DNA of 64,000 nucleotides from Isurus oxyrinchus (lineage: Eukaryota): positions 434,001-498,000 of the forward strand of contig JANJGN010000151.1 in the NCBI GenBank assembly GCA_026770705.1, given 5' to 3'. The stretch's first letter is position 1; each line of letters opens with the position of its first letter. Of this stretch, positions 62,195 through 64,000 are shown piece by piece. The position numbers were made by a program, and so were the translations under genes. The notes beneath the pieces are model-generated. The model was not told where the DNA came from. It saw only the letters and a list, made by a program, of their open reading frames with translations, and did no database searches.

Positions 62195-64000
62195 GTAATT
62201 CTTGCACTTGGCCCTGTCTCAGTTTATTCTTGTCCAGACCATATATCAGGAATCACTGCACTAGACATTGTCTCAGTTTATGTTACGTTAGACTCTGTAT
62301 CATTAATCGCTGCAGTGGACCCTGTCTCAGTTTACATTAATCAAGACCCTATGTCAGTCATCTCTGCCCTGGACATTGTCTGAGTTTATATTAATTTACA
62401 CCCTGCATCAGTAACCACTGCACTAGGCCCTGTCTCAGTTTCTATTAATCTTGACCCTGTATTAGTAATGACTGCACTGGACTTTGTCTGAGTTTATATT
62501 GATCAGGACCATATATTAGTAAACACTGCACTGGACCCTGTCTCAGTTTCAATTAATCTTCACCCTGTATTAGTAATGACTGCTCTAGGCCCTGATTCAG
62601 TTTATATTAGTCCAGACCCTCTAACAGTAATCATTGGAAAGGACACTGCCTCAGTTTATATTGATCCTGATCCTGTATCATTAATTACTGCACTAGCCCC
62701 TGTTCTAGTTTATAATAATCTCGTCCCTGTGTCAGTAATCACAGCACTCGGCCCTGTCACAGTTTGTATTAATCTAGATTCTGTGCCAGTAATCACTGCA
62801 CTAGACACTGTCTCACTTGATACTGATCTAGACCTGTATCAGTAATCAGTTTATATTATCACAGAATCACAGCATCACACAGTGCAGAAGAGGCCCTTTG
62901 GCCCACCGAGTCTGCACCGACATGTGAGAAACACCTGACCTACCTGCCTAATCCCATTTTCCAGCATTTGGTCATAGCATTGAATGTTATGACATGCAAA
63001 GTGCTCATCCAGGTATTTTTTAAAGGATTTAAAGGATTTTTTAATCTGGATCCTGTATTAGTAATCAGTGCACTCAACATTGTCTGAGTTATGCTGATTG
63101 AGACACTGTATTAATAAACATTGTGCTAAACCCTGTCTCAGTTTATATTAATCTAGATCCTGTATCAGTCACCACTGCACTATGGCCTGCCTCAGTTTAA
63201 ATTAGTCCAGACCATCTATCAGTAATAATTGCAATAAGCCCCGTCTCAGGTTATATTAATCTAGATCTTGTATCAGTAATGACTGCACAAGGCCCTGTCT
63301 CACTTTATATTAATCCAGACCCTGTATCAGTAATCACTGCACTTGGACCTATCTCAGTTTATATTGATCAGGACACTGTATCAGTAATTACTGCAATCTG
63401 CCCTAAGTCAGTTTATATCAATTTAGACCCTCTATCAGTAATCACTGCACTTGGCCCTCTCTCTGTTTCTATTAATCTAGACCCTGTATCAATTATCACT
63501 GCATGAGGCCCTGCCTCAGTTTATATTAATCTAGGCTCTGCATCAGTAATCGCTCCACTGGACATTGTCTAAGTTCATATTGATTGAGACCATGTGTCAG
63601 TAATCACTGCACTCGGCCCTGCCGCAGTTTATATTAAGCTAGATGCGGTACAATATGCCAGGCCTCATTTTGTTTATCAATCTAGACCCTGTATCAGTAA
63701 TCACTGCACTAGGCCCTATCTCAGTTTACATTAATTTAGTCCATGCAGCAGTAATCACTGCCCGAGCCCCTGTCCCAGTTATATTTATCTAGGCCCTGTG
63801 TCAGGTTATGTTAGTTCAGACCGTGTATCAGTAATTACTGCACAAGAGCCTGTCTCAGTTTATATTAATCAAGACCCTGTTTCAATAATCACTGCACACG
63901 TCCCTGTTCCAGTTATTATAATCTGCACTCTGAATCTATAATCACTGCACTTGGCCCTCTCTCAGTTTCTATTAACCTAGATCCTGTATCAGTAATCACT
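62195..64000. repeat. 54-bp (2 x 27) satellite, interrupted by a CR1 tail at 62860-63030
   Basis: AATCACTGCACTAGGCCCTGTCTCAGTTTATATTAATCTAGACCCTGTATCAGT repeated to the window end. Confidence 0.9.

Noticed and set aside
59160-64000. CRISPR-like periodicity
   Set aside because: Head-to-tail degenerate units without unique spacers, no cas genes, vertebrate context.

Overview
Vertebrate genomic DNA, almost certainly a shark or other cartilaginous fish. The right half holds one complete, unrearranged, apparently functional IgM heavy-chain cluster on the minus strand: leader (49183-49228), VH, D1, D2, JH with RSS spacers 23 / 12-22 / 12-12 / 23, an ~11.9-kb J-C intron, Cmu1-Cmu4 with secretory tail, and TM1/TM2 (to 29362). 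The left ~20 kb is a tandem array of single-coding-exon C2H2 zinc-finger genes (two long ORFs plus pseudogenes) with duplicated NRF1/YY1/CCAAT/GC-box promoter modules. Between them lie decayed tRNA genes (Val, Asn, Glu x3, Leu, Thr) and a possible unidentified multi-exon pseudogene. The rest is retroelement debris (Penelope-like elements with minimal hammerhead-like motifs, CR1/HER1, L2, RTE, tRNA-derived SINEs) and minisatellites. The most unusual region is the J-C intron. It contains a ~2-kb repeat that is G-rich on the transcribed strand (switch-region-like position and strand bias), an adjacent G-rich tract on the opposite strand, a captured stearoyl-CoA desaturase (SCD5-like) N-terminal fragment, a ~280-bp inverted duplication and a CCAAT-centred hairpin. 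All calls were made by eye; no searches were run, and repeat boundaries are approximate.
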